From NCBI GenBank assembly GCA_013343275.1, contig CP046106.1, positions 544,001 to 608,000 on the forward strand: a stretch of DNA of 64,000 nt, given 5' to 3'. Shown here in pieces: positions 17,741 through 26,818 of the stretch. Within the stretch, counting starts at the first letter, position 1. Each line of letters opens with the position of its first letter. Made by a program: the position numbers and the translations under genes. The stretch is from Candidatus Nanohaloarchaea archaeon (GTDB lineage: Archaea > Nanohalarchaeota > Nanosalinia > Nanosalinales > Nanosalinaceae). The notes beneath the pieces were generated by a model. The model worked only from the letters and a program-made list of their open reading frames with translations. It searched no databases and was not told the origin of the DNA.

Positions 17741-20254
17741 ATGCCAAACGTACTATGGTTCGAAAACATTACAGCAGACGATACCTCCAGAGTAGGGGGT
17801 AAGAGTGCCAACCTCGGAGAACTTCAGAACGAAGTGGACGTACCTGTACTGCCAGGATTTGCCACTACAGCCAGTGCCTACGAGCAGTTCATGAAGGAAA
17901 CCGGCCTAAAAGATACTATCGAAAACCTTCTCTCAGAACTCGATATCGATGATGTAAACGATCTTCAGAAGAGAGGGGAGAAGATCAGAGGCCATATCCA
18001 GGACGCAGATATGCCAGAAGACCTGAGAAAGGACTTCGTTAAATCATACAGAGAACTGGAGGAGAAGCTTGGCGTCGACGAACCAAAGGTCGCAGTACGT
18101 TCCAGTGCAACAGCAGAGGACCTGCCAGGAGCATCATTCGCAGGCCAGCAGGACACATATCTAAACGTCTCCGGAGAGACCGAACTTATCCAGAAAATCA
18201 AAGACTGCTTTGCCTCACTTTTCACCAACAGAGCGATCTCCTACCGTGAGGATAAAGGATTCAGCCACTTCGATGTCAAGCTTTCTGCTGTAGTACAGAA
18301 GATGGGCCGTTCCGATACAGGATCCGCAGGAGTTATGTTCACACTCGATCCCGACAGCGGGTTCGACGAAGTAGTTACAATTAACGCAGCGTACGGTCTC
18401 GGAGATCTGGTTGTCGCAGGAGAGGTCAACCCAGACGAATTCACAGTACTGAAGAGAAACATGGGAATACTTGAAAGAAAGACCGGCGACAAGGAAATCA
18501 AGCTGGTTAGAAGCGAGGAAGAAGGGAAAGACAATGAAAGAGTCAAAGTACCTCAGGAAGAACGTGAAAAATACTGCATCACCGACAACCAGGTGAAAGA
18601 ACTCGCGAAGTACGGAATGAAGATCGAAGAGCACTACGGAAAACCCATGGATATTGAATGGGTGCTTGACGGCCAGACCAAGGAACTCTACATAGTCCAG
18701 GCCCGTCCAGAAACCGTACAGAGCGAGAAAGACGAAAACGTAATCGAAAACTACAAACTGAAAGAAGAATCTGAAGTACTTCTCGAGGGAGAGGCCATCG
18801 GCTCCAAGATCGGAAGCGGAGAGGCCCACGTACTGGACAGCCCGAAGCAGATCGACAAGTTCGAGGAGGGAGAGGTCCTGGTAACCGATATGACCGATCC
18901 TGACTGGGAACCGATCATGAAAAAGGCCGGAGCAATAGTCACGAACAAAGGAGGCCGAACCAGTCACGCAGCAATCGTCTCCAGAGAGCTGGGAGTACCG
19001 GCTGTAATCGGAACCGAAACCGCAACCTCAGAACTACACGACGGCCAGAACGTAACAGTCGATGGATCATCATCTACAGGAAAGATCTGGGAAGGTGCTC
19101 TCGAATTCGACATCGAGGAACACCACCTGGACGAGATACCGGAGACAGATACCGACGTACAGATCAATATTGGAGAACCAAGCGAGGTATTCAACCTTGC
19201 CCAGCTACCGGTCGATGGAGTAGGCCTTGCAAGAGAAGAGTTCATAATCTCCTCACATGTAGGAGAACACCCTCTGCACCTGATCGAGGAGGACAGAGGC
19301 GACGAATACGTGGAGGCCCTGCGTTCCGGCATAGGTAAGATCGGGGCCGCATTCTATCCCGACCAGGTAGTGGTAAGGCTTTCTGATTTCAAGTCAGATG
19401 AGTACGCACAGCTTGAAGGAGGAGAAAAATATGAGCCTGACGAGGCCAACCCTATGCTTGGTTTCAGAGGCGCCTCCCGTTACTACGACGACGAGTTCAC
19501 CAAGGCCTTCGAACTGGAGTGTGAGGCCCTGCGTAAATGTGTCGATGAGCTAGGCCTCGATAACCTGACAGTTATGGTTCCTTTCTGCCGTACAATAGAG
19601 GAGGCCAGGAAGGTCCGTGCAAAGATGAAAGAGTACGGCCTGGACCAGGGCGACATCGAGGTATACGTCATGGCAGAGATACCGGCGAATATCCTGCAGG
19701 CCGAGGAGTTCGCAGAGACCTTCGACGGGTTCTCGGTCGGTACCAACGACCTCACACAGCTGACTCTCGGAGTCGACCGCAACAGCGATAAACTGTCGCA
19801 TGTATTCGATGAGAGAGACGAGGCCGTGAAGAAATCGGTCAGAACCTTGATCAACAAGGCCCATCGTAAAGACCGGCACGTAGGCATCTGCGGAGACGCA
19901 CCTTCTACACACGACGAGTACGCCCAATTCCTTGTAGACGCAGGAATCGACGCAATCTCTGTATCACCGGACGTAGCCCTCGAGACAATTATGAAAGTAG
20001 CGGAGATCGAGGAAAACCAGGACGAGAGAAGCTCTGTGGAAGTCGATGTGGATGTAGAGGCCGATATAGGAAGTACCGCAGGCCAGATCTACGATACACT
20101 GAACCAGCAGGGCAAGACCACAGCCAACAAGATTCTGGAAACAGCTTCAGGAGTCAGTTCAAAGAAACTGAACCAGGCCCTCGGATGGCTTGCCAAGGAA
20201 GGCAAGATAGAGGTAGAGGAAGACGATGAAGGCAAGAAGTACTCTCTGAGATAA
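17741..20254 (+). CDS. ppsA: Phosphoenolpyruvate synthase with extra C-terminal winged-helix-like domain
   Basis: VGGK, VAVRSSATAEDLP-x-ASFAGQ, GGRTSHAAIVSRELG, EANPMLGFRGA, FSVGTNDLTQ. Confidence 0.95.
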   Translation: MPNVLWFENITADDTSRVGGKSANLGELQNEVDVPVLPGFATTASAYEQFMKETGLKDTIENLLSELDIDDVNDLQKRGEKIRGHIQDADMPEDLRKDFVKSYRELEEKLGVDEPKVAVRSSATAEDLPGASFAGQQDTYLNVSGETELIQKIKDCFASLFTNRAISYREDKGFSHFDVKLSAVVQKMGRSDTGSAGVMFTLDPDSGFDEVVTINAAYGLGDLVVAGEVNPDEFTVLKRNMGILERKTGDKEIKLVRSEEEGKDNERVKVPQEEREKYCITDNQVKELAKYGMKIEEHYGKPMDIEWVLDGQTKELYIVQARPETVQSEKDENVIENYKLKEESEVLLEGEAIGSKIGSGEAHVLDSPKQIDKFEEGEVLVTDMTDPDWEPIMKKAGAIVTNKGGRTSHAAIVSRELGVPAVIGTETATSELHDGQNVTVDGSSSTGKIWEGALEFDIEEHHLDEIPETDTDVQINIGEPSEVFNLAQLPVDGVGLAREEFIISSHVGEHPLHLIEEDRGDEYVEALRSGIGKIGAAFYPDQVVVRLSDFKSDEYAQLEGGEKYEPDEANPMLGFRGASRYYDDEFTKAFELECEALRKCVDELGLDNLTVMVPFCRTIEEARKVRAKMKEYGLDQGDIEVYVMAEIPANILQAEEFAETFDGFSVGTNDLTQLTLGVDRNSDKLSHVFDERDEAVKKSVRTLINKAHRKDRHVGICGDAPSTHDEYAQFLVDAGIDAISVSPDVALETIMKVAEIEENQDERSSVEVDVDVEADIGSTAGQIYDTLNQQGKTTANKILETASGVSSKKLNQALGWLAKEGKIEVEEDDEGKKYSLR

Positions 20255-20285
20255 GGCCTCTACTCCCAAAAATTCTCTTACTCTT

Positions 20286-20702
20286 TTATTTTATCCCAAT
20301 TACCTGATGCTCTACTCTCTGGCCATCATGCTTCAGAATTACATCATACCTGCCATCGGGAATGCTTGAAGTCTGTGCCTTGTAGACTACGGAGGCCAGG
20401 CATGAGTTAAAGTAATTGGCCGGTGCCTGAGTCTCGTTCTTTGCTATAATATCCAATTTGATAGTGTCCCCGCTTCTGCTGTACCTGTAGGAAAGATCGG
20501 CCTCGGTATTGTTTACAGGGTAGTGTCCGCTGAAAGCCAGAACGTTACCCGGCTTCAAGCTTATATCAAAGCCGGTCGTTCTATCGTAACGGCACTCTGT
20601 CTCCAGATCTGTGAAGTTAATCTGTTCTGATGGTGTTTCAAGAGCCAGAAAAGCCAGTGCAAGAACTAGAACCCCTCCCGTAACAAGCCAAAACCTGTTC
20701 AT
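20286..20702 (-). CDS. Hypothetical membrane-anchored/secreted protein
   Basis: N-terminal hydrophobic segment, N-x-S/T sequons, two Cys. Confidence 0.6.
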   Translation of the reverse strand: MNRFWLVTGGVLVLALAFLALETPSEQINFTDLETECRYDRTTGFDISLKPGNVLAFSGHYPVNNTEADLSYRYSRSGDTIKLDIIAKNETQAPANYFNSCLASVVYKAQTSSIPDGRYDVILKHDGQRVEHQVIGIK

Positions 20703-20814
20703 AACTACCGATTGTTAGTAAAAAGTTTTAAAGTCTGCGGAGTAACACATCAAGGTTTTTCTGGAGGCCGCCCTCACCTAGATTTATTAACCTGAGAGCG
20801 AAAACAATTGTTAG

Positions 20815-20904
20815 ATGTCTAAAGGCAGGATAATAGGCCTTATTTCAGGTAAAGGCGGCGTAGGGAAGACCGGTCTAACAGTAAACCTTGTCTGTATCTG
20901 TTAA
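20815..20904 (+). pseudogene. 5' fragment of a MinD/ParA-family ATPase
   Basis: MSKGRIIGLISGKGGVGKTGLTVNL then VCIC*: deviant Walker A (KGGVGKT) followed by an immediate stop; TTTATTAA upstream. Confidence 0.8.
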
Positions 20905-21084
20905 ACCTATGCAGCCACCGTTGAAAGGTAGGCCTCTGCAGGTCTTCACCTCTGTATAGCAGGTACCGGTTGCCGTTGAGTAGGTCAGGCCCTGTGTAAA
21001 TAGAAATACGGCTGCTGCGGCTATAACTGCTGCAGAGATCTTGAGGACCTGTTCTATGTTCAGTTTGCGGGGAACGTTTTTCAT
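20875..21084 (-). pseudogene. Probably truncated membrane-anchored protein resembling the N-terminus of 28775-29233
   Basis: TM then YTEV-x-x-CRG-x-x-x-x-GGCIG, compared with YTEI-x-x-x-CLG-x-x-x-GGFCLG; overlaps the minD fragment tail-to-tail. Confidence 0.5.
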
Positions 21085-21138
21085 GTTTTTATATTGTTTT
21101 AAGTAATAGCTTTAAGGGTAAGGTGAGAAATTTTAGTT

Positions 21139-21540
21139 ATGGCTATCGAACTCTGGATGGTTTTTGAGGCAGTTAGTAACGAGCAGGAGAAAGTTGAAGA
21201 AGCTCTAGATGAACACATTGAGGGATTGGAGAGCGAGGAAGAAGTTGAGATCCAGGAAGTTAACTGGGAGGAGGCTTCGAAAGTTAAAGACCCTCACCCT
21301 GACCTAGACGAAGGTTTCTCGAAGATTGTAGAAGTTGTACTTGAAACAGACTCATTCAACAAGGCTGTAGAGATAACCATCAACTATGGACCTACCTACG
21401 TACAGATAGAAGGCCCTGAGAACTTCAATCTTACACTGAAGGATAGCCAGGAGGCCCTACAGAAAGTTGCCGACACTATGCATAACTATGCTCAGATGGG
21501 GGCTGGTGGAGTACTTATATCTAAATCAGGAGAAGAATAG
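21139..21540 (+). CDS. Hypothetical acidic protein
   Basis: 133-aa ORF, acidic, TTTAAG upstream. Confidence 0.65.
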   Translation: MAIELWMVFEAVSNEQEKVEEALDEHIEGLESEEEVEIQEVNWEEASKVKDPHPDLDEGFSKIVEVVLETDSFNKAVEITINYGPTYVQIEGPENFNLTLKDSQEALQKVADTMHNYAQMGAGGVLISKSGEE

Positions 21541-21565
21541 AAGGTTTTTGAGAGACAAGGATAGC

Positions 21566-22456
21566 ATGAAGAAACTACTGGTCTGTCTGTTGCTCTTAGC
21601 ATCTATTTCCACAGCGTCAGCGACCGTTGTGGCTCATGAGAACGTGACTGTGGATCTCGAGGACTCCAGTTTCGATGTGAATTTGGATATCCGGGAGTTA
21701 ACTTCCGATAGTTTGACCTATGTTATTGCATACCCCATAGATAATCTTGAAGCAAAGATTAACGGCGAGAAAGCAGGTTGCTACGTTAAGGACCTGCAGA
21801 TAGGTTCGGAGATACATTGCAGAACCAATAAAACAAGCAACTTCACTGCTCATTTCCGGTTTCAGGCCTCGGGAATTACCTCGGACAGAGAGAGCGTGAA
21901 TTACTTCCAGTATACACGGGCTTTCAGAGTTCCGACAGATAATTATCGGCTTAAGGTAGTACTGCCTGAGGACTCCGGAATAGTTAACGACGAGAACATT
22001 TCACAGCCAGTAATCTCCCCGAGCTATGGCCAGACAGGAAGTGATGGCCAGAGAATCTTTGTGGAGTGGCAGACGAATCCGCGCCTAGGTGGCGAACCTA
22101 TCACATTCAGCATATTTTATAACGAGCCGGAGGAAGATTTCGGGCTAGTACAGTACATAGGTATAGCGCTCTTGGCCGCACTGATTCTGCTCCTTGGATT
22201 CTCAGTATGGAGAAGAATCTCCAAGATAGATATTTCAGAGGCCTACGAAGATCTGGATCAGGATCAGAAAGATATAGTGGAATTGCTGCGTGAAAACGAG
22301 GGTAGCATGCTTCAGAAGGATGTAGTGGATAGTTCAGAGTACTCAAAGGCCAAGGTCTCTGGAGTAGTGTCAGAACTTGTAGATAAAGGTGTTATAGAGA
22401 AGGAGAAAGAAGGTAGAAGTAACAAGCTTAAGATCTCCGACAAGTACAGTTTCTAG
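21566..22456 (+). CDS. Membrane-anchored protein with C-terminal cytoplasmic winged-helix (COG2512-like)
   Basis: Signal peptide MKKLLVCLLLLA, extracellular domain, TM, then Q-x-D-x-V-x-x-x-x-x-SKAKVS...L-x-x-KG-x-I-x-K-x-K-x-GR. Confidence 0.75.
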   Translation: MKKLLVCLLLLASISTASATVVAHENVTVDLEDSSFDVNLDIRELTSDSLTYVIAYPIDNLEAKINGEKAGCYVKDLQIGSEIHCRTNKTSNFTAHFRFQASGITSDRESVNYFQYTRAFRVPTDNYRLKVVLPEDSGIVNDENISQPVISPSYGQTGSDGQRIFVEWQTNPRLGGEPITFSIFYNEPEEDFGLVQYIGIALLAALILLLGFSVWRRISKIDISEAYEDLDQDQKDIVELLRENEGSMLQKDVVDSSEYSKAKVSGVVSELVDKGVIEKEKEGRSNKLKISDKYSF

Positions 22457-22457
22457 A

Positions 22458-22748
22458 TCAGTTGCTTACTGCTATGTTCCACCATCTTACGCTACCGTTG
22501 TAGCTCTTTCTGCAGACACATTTCAGTTCGGCAGATTCGTTTACCTTTTCCGGTAAATCTGTCTCAACCTGTTCAGGGGTAAAGCAGTCTACCGTGCCCT
22601 TGAAGCTCTTGTTCTGCATTATATTTGTCTCAAGAGTATCACAGTAACCTGCCTTCATTTCCTGGCTATTACCAGAGATTAGCTCTGCGGATAGTCCTCC
22701 TGCTACTATTCCTGCAATAAGCGCCGTTATCAGCATAAACTTCTCCAT
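22458..22748 (-). CDS. Hypothetical secreted Cys-containing protein
   Basis: ATG at 22748, N-terminal hydrophobic helix, 4 Cys. Confidence 0.55.
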   Translation of the reverse strand: MEKFMLITALIAGIVAGGLSAELISGNSQEMKAGYCDTLETNIMQNKSFKGTVDCFTPEQVETDLPEKVNESAELKCVCRKSYNGSVRWWNIAVSN

Positions 22749-22752
22749 TAAT

Positions 22753-23424
22753 TTATTCACCTGTACTATTCGTAAACCGCTCTTCAATATAACCTCTTGA
22801 CCTGTAACCATGTATAACCATTTCCCTGTTTATAACCAGGGCCGGAGGCTCAGAGATATTGTACTGGTGCTTCAGCACACTCACCATTCCATCATCCATG
22901 CTGGTAGGAACCGAGAAAATCAGGAGGTCATCCTGATACTTCTGCTTCAGAAGACTGAGCTGCTGGCCCTGCCTCTTACAGGCCCCACATTCCGATGCCT
23001 GAAGAGTTTCAGTGAAGAAAAGCACAGTATTCGCATTGTAGTCGCATTCCTTCTTTAATTCTCCTACAAACATCCAGTAACGAAGGCCTGAAAGCACGTA
23101 ACGCCTCTTTATCTGCTTGAAATTCCCAGCATTCATGATACTGTTCTTCTGGTATTCCTGAACCTTGTTCAGCCTCATATTGTAGTCTTTGATCATGTTG
23201 GTAAGGCCTTCTTCCATAGTAGAGCAGGACTGCACTTGGTTCGATCTCAGATAGGTAAGCTGAAGGTTCTGGCTCTGTAATTCCACCACGTCCTCATTCA
23301 ACTCTGCCTGCAGCCTCTCCGACCTCCTGTCATCCATAAAGTTGCTGAAGAGAATTCCCAGACTAAACACTAGTACAGTCAGCAGCGCTGCAAACAGGTA
23401 ACGGTATTTCTGTATTTCTCTCAT
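22753..23424 (-). CDS. Membrane-anchored protein with thioredoxin-like C-terminal domain
   Basis: N-terminal TM; LFF...CGAC...YNI-x-x-PPALVIN. Confidence 0.65.
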   Translation of the reverse strand: MREIQKYRYLFAALLTVLVFSLGILFSNFMDDRRSERLQAELNEDVVELQSQNLQLTYLRSNQVQSCSTMEEGLTNMIKDYNMRLNKVQEYQKNSIMNAGNFKQIKRRYVLSGLRYWMFVGELKKECDYNANTVLFFTETLQASECGACKRQGQQLSLLKQKYQDDLLIFSVPTSMDDGMVSVLKHQYNISEPPALVINREMVIHGYRSRGYIEERFTNSTGE

Positions 23425-23426
23425 CG

Positions 23427-24845
23427 CTAATTCACTCTGTATATACTGTAGTTACAGCTTTCACCTTTATCTTGATAAACATTCATATAATTCCTCTCCA
23501 CACTCTGCTCGAAGGCCTGTATTGAGGCCTTGCAGTCCTTGTCTCCCGGGAAACAGTACCAGGCACAGCTGTTTACGGAGATATAATCTGCTGTTCTCTG
23601 GGCGGCCTGATAACTGCTGTTCAGTGTCAATGGAGGTAGAGGATAGTACTTGAAATCGCCGTAAGGCATTATTCCAGCATCGTTCGCAGCCACAGTACCT
23701 GTCAGGTTGCTGTGAGCCTGATAGAAGTCCACTCGGGCCTCATTTACGTACCGGTTCTGGCCGTAAGTAATACCTGCAGAGATCAGAACCGCCAGGACCA
23801 GAAGGCCTGTTACAGCGAGATTTTTCCTGTCAAAGCTAACTCTATCCATTAACTCTCCATCCATCAACTGTTTCAATCCTTCTGCGGAGATCAAGGCCAT
23901 CAGAGGAAGGAACAGCAGCATGAAGCGGGTCTCCTTCCTCGGGAACGAGGCGAAGAATAGGTAGAGCAGCGAGAAAGCTGATGTAAACCCATAGTAACTG
24001 CTTTTCCTGTACTTCACTATGAAGTAAAGGCCTACAGGCAGAAGGATTAGGAATGGATTTACTTTTACGCCGTTGAACATGTAGTACAGGCCGTACATGT
24101 ACGAGCTTTCTGTAGAGGCTGGTATCGAAAAGCCACGTATGAAAGGCTGCAGAAAGCTTCCATAGACATATTTGTTGGCTAAGAGGTAAGGTGTGGCCAG
24201 TGTGAAAAATCCTGCAGTATAGACTGCCGAAGCCTTGAAGGCCTCCATTAATTCCTCTCTGTTGCAGTATACCAGATAGAAGACTGCTGCTGGCCCCACT
24301 ATTGCTGCAGGGAACCTGGTTAGGAATGCAAGGCCGCCTAAAAGGCCTGCTAGATAGATCTTCTTCTTAGTTGCCAGGTAGATGGATGTGAATACCAGGA
24401 AGGATGCAGGTATCCCTGTCAGCAGCATGTTAGTGTAGTATACAAATGTAAATGTGGCTGCAGTTATCCCGGCAGTGTAGGCTGCTGTCTTTCTGTCGAA
24501 TAGATCTTTTACCATTACGTAGACTCCTGTAAGCCCTGTTACTGAGATAGTTACTGCCAGCAGCCTAGTGAATCCTTCGGCCGGCATACCTAGTTTCCAT
24601 AGGGCTCCGAGAACGACAGGTAGCATTGGAGGCCTGAACTGCTCCCACAGCCCGATATTTCCACCTGAGAAAAGTGCTTTGCCCATCCCCCAGTAGATAG
24701 CTGTATCCCATATCAATGGGTGTGTCCAGATTCTGGATAGAATGAAAAGCTGTGCTAGAGCAAAAACAGTTATTATCGATGTAAAGGCCTTGTTACTGTA
24801 AATCCAGTTCCTGATGTTCTCGAAGATCTGACGATCTGCAGGCAT
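23427..24845 (-). CDS. GT-C fold (ArnT/PMT-like) glycosyltransferase
   Basis: WD-x-x-x-Y, RPP, multiple TMs, LAFLTRF, KETRF-x-L. Confidence 0.8.
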   Translation of the reverse strand: MPADRQIFENIRNWIYSNKAFTSIITVFALAQLFILSRIWTHPLIWDTAIYWGMGKALFSGGNIGLWEQFRPPMLPVVLGALWKLGMPAEGFTRLLAVTISVTGLTGVYVMVKDLFDRKTAAYTAGITAATFTFVYYTNMLLTGIPASFLVFTSIYLATKKKIYLAGLLGGLAFLTRFPAAIVGPAAVFYLVYCNREELMEAFKASAVYTAGFFTLATPYLLANKYVYGSFLQPFIRGFSIPASTESSYMYGLYYMFNGVKVNPFLILLPVGLYFIVKYRKSSYYGFTSAFSLLYLFFASFPRKETRFMLLFLPLMALISAEGLKQLMDGELMDRVSFDRKNLAVTGLLVLAVLISAGITYGQNRYVNEARVDFYQAHSNLTGTVAANDAGIMPYGDFKYYPLPPLTLNSSYQAAQRTADYISVNSCAWYCFPGDKDCKASIQAFEQSVERNYMNVYQDKGESCNYSIYRVN

Positions 24846-24922
24846 GTTAAAGAATTTCTGCAGTAACCCACATAAATCCTGCGCCCATCAAAGGAGAGAA
24901 GATGGGTTTTTGTAAGAAGATT

Positions 24923-26095
24923 TTACTCTTTCTGTATCTCTCTGAGGAATACTGTGGCGTACGAACCTTTTGGCAGGTCGAACTTGACCGTCATCTTGTT
25001 CTTCGCCATGTTCAGAGAGTCATCCCCGATATCCAGTATCTCAAAGTTCCGGAAGTCAGCGAAGGCACGCCGGTAACTCCCTTCAGACCGGAGTTCTGGA
25101 AGGTCTGAAAGTCTGAAGTCGTCCTGTGAAACACCTTCTTCCTCCAGAACTTCCTCCATCAGGTTCTCCGGTTTCTCATCCTTCAGATCTGTTTTGTAAC
25201 CTACAAGAGGGATCTCATAGTCCTCTTCGTACCATCCGTCAGCGAGAAGCTGTGAGAGAACGCGGTTGTAAACCCATGATTGATATGCGTGTATGAAAAG
25301 TGTCTGCAGGCCTTCAGGCAGCCTTTTGATCGCACCTTGATAGTCTTCCGGGTGCTTGGTCAGGTGGTACAGCAGTGTCTTCTCGTACCGATACTTCTTC
25401 GGGAATTTCTCTGCAGCACCTTCGACCTCTCTGGTTTCCCACAGCTCTTCCCTGGTCTTTCTGATGCTCTTGTACTCCTGGTCATAAGGCTTGGCGATAT
25501 ACGTCCAGACGGCCTCTTCATAGTTTCCTTTCAGAAGATGGCGGCCTACCTGATGCGTGATAGGTCGTGTGGAACCAAATCTCTGAGGGCCGAAGTAGTT
25601 AGGGAACTTTCCATCCATTTCATCTACTATCTTCAGTGTTCTGTTCCTGAGATCCTCTATCGGCAGGTTCAAATCCCTGATAGTGATCTCAAACCTGTTT
25701 GCAGACAGGTTGCCTACTCCTATCTTGTGGCCGTATCCTACTACTTCCAGATCAAATTCGTCAGTATATATTCCGCGGATATCCTCTGGATCTACTCCTT
25801 TCACAGAGATATACTGTTCTGTAACCGCTTTCTTGTCCTTGTTACCAGCGTAACCTATCCTGTCCTTCGAAATATGGAGCATGCTAGACAGCTTGTCTAT
25901 AGCATCCATTGTCGTCATGTTCTGTTTCCTGAGCTTGACTATGAGGTGATCTCCTTCCCCTGTCTCGTGGCTCGCAAGCTCTCTAACTACAAAATCGTTT
26001 ACCTGTTCTTTTAGAGCACCGTCTATACCAAAAGTATCTGTATAGTACTCCCAATCCATTTCCGACAAGTTTACCGTAGTATTTTCCATTTCCAT
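24923..26095 (-). CDS. truD: tRNA pseudouridine(13) synthase
   Basis: DFVVRE, GYAGNKDKKAVTEQ, PNYFGPQRFG, LPKGSYAT. Confidence 0.95.
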   Translation of the reverse strand: MEMENTTVNLSEMDWEYYTDTFGIDGALKEQVNDFVVRELASHETGEGDHLIVKLRKQNMTTMDAIDKLSSMLHISKDRIGYAGNKDKKAVTEQYISVKGVDPEDIRGIYTDEFDLEVVGYGHKIGVGNLSANRFEITIRDLNLPIEDLRNRTLKIVDEMDGKFPNYFGPQRFGSTRPITHQVGRHLLKGNYEEAVWTYIAKPYDQEYKSIRKTREELWETREVEGAAEKFPKKYRYEKTLLYHLTKHPEDYQGAIKRLPEGLQTLFIHAYQSWVYNRVLSQLLADGWYEEDYEIPLVGYKTDLKDEKPENLMEEVLEEEGVSQDDFRLSDLPELRSEGSYRRAFADFRNFEILDIGDDSLNMAKNKMTVKFDLPKGSYATVFLREIQKE

Positions 26096-26109
26096 CTTCT
26101 CAAAACCTC

Positions 26110-26457
26110 TTATTCAATCAAGTTAAGATCTCCTGTTATACTATCGATTTTAGACTCCGGGGCCGGCCCAATTCCCAGAGCAGTTACCGTGCCTGACTGT
26201 ACCTCGGTCAGACCAGCATCTTTCACAAGATAAGCCGGCAAGCCTTCCTCTTTAGCTTTCTGAAACCGAGACTTAATATCTTTATCTCCGATATCCAGAG
26301 CAATCTTCTTCGAACCCCGGGACTCCCATTCCTTTTTATCCTCCCCATCAGCCCTCTTGTAGGCATTAAGGGAGGCATGACAGGCCTGTGCAATAGACTT
26401 GCCTCTGGACATACCGAGGTCCTCTTTCAGAACTATGGCCTGTTTGTACTCCGTCAT
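26110..26457 (-). CDS. pth2: Peptidyl-tRNA hydrolase Pth2
   Basis: KQAIV...DL-x-MS-x-GK-x-x-AQ-x-x-HA, DAGLTEV-x-x-GT-x-T-x-LGIGP. Confidence 0.93.
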   Translation of the reverse strand: MTEYKQAIVLKEDLGMSRGKSIAQACHASLNAYKRADGEDKKEWESRGSKKIALDIGDKDIKSRFQKAKEEGLPAYLVKDAGLTEVQSGTVTALGIGPAPESKIDSITGDLNLIE

Positions 26458-26664
26458 GTTATCAGATTTTGTTTTTCGGATTTATTAAATAGGGAAACTG
26501 CGTCCACACCACTACAATACCCAACCAATCTTTATTTACCTTTTGGTGACAACACCACAGGGCTGGGAGGGCGTGGTTTCGAATTATGATTTTTGCCTGT
26601 AGACAGGTAGCAGATTTCCTTTCCGAGCAAGGTTATCTGCCAGGATCAGGTTCTATAGGAACTA

Positions 26665-26738
26665 TGGGTTCGCCCAGATTCGAACTGGGGATCTTCGCCT
26701 TGTAAGGGCGACGTCATAACCAACTAGACCACGAACCC
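26665..26738 (-). tRNA. tRNA-Val(TAC)
   Basis: GGGTTCG/CGAACCC acceptor, TCGCC-CTTACAA-GGCGA anticodon arm, CCCAG-TTCGAAT-CTGGG T arm; CCA not encoded. Confidence 0.95.
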
Positions 26739-26818
26739 TCTCTCAGCATTCCGACTTCCGGAACAGTGGCCTATCCGCATTGTAAATAGGGAGAAGTAAT
26801 TCTTAAAATAGGAACGGA

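Noticed and set aside
26458-26660. Intergenic stretch between pth2 and tRNA-Val with a G-rich patch (ACCACAGGGCTGGGAGGGCGTGGT)
   Set aside because: Only a short possible hairpin; no recognisable RNA family or second copy
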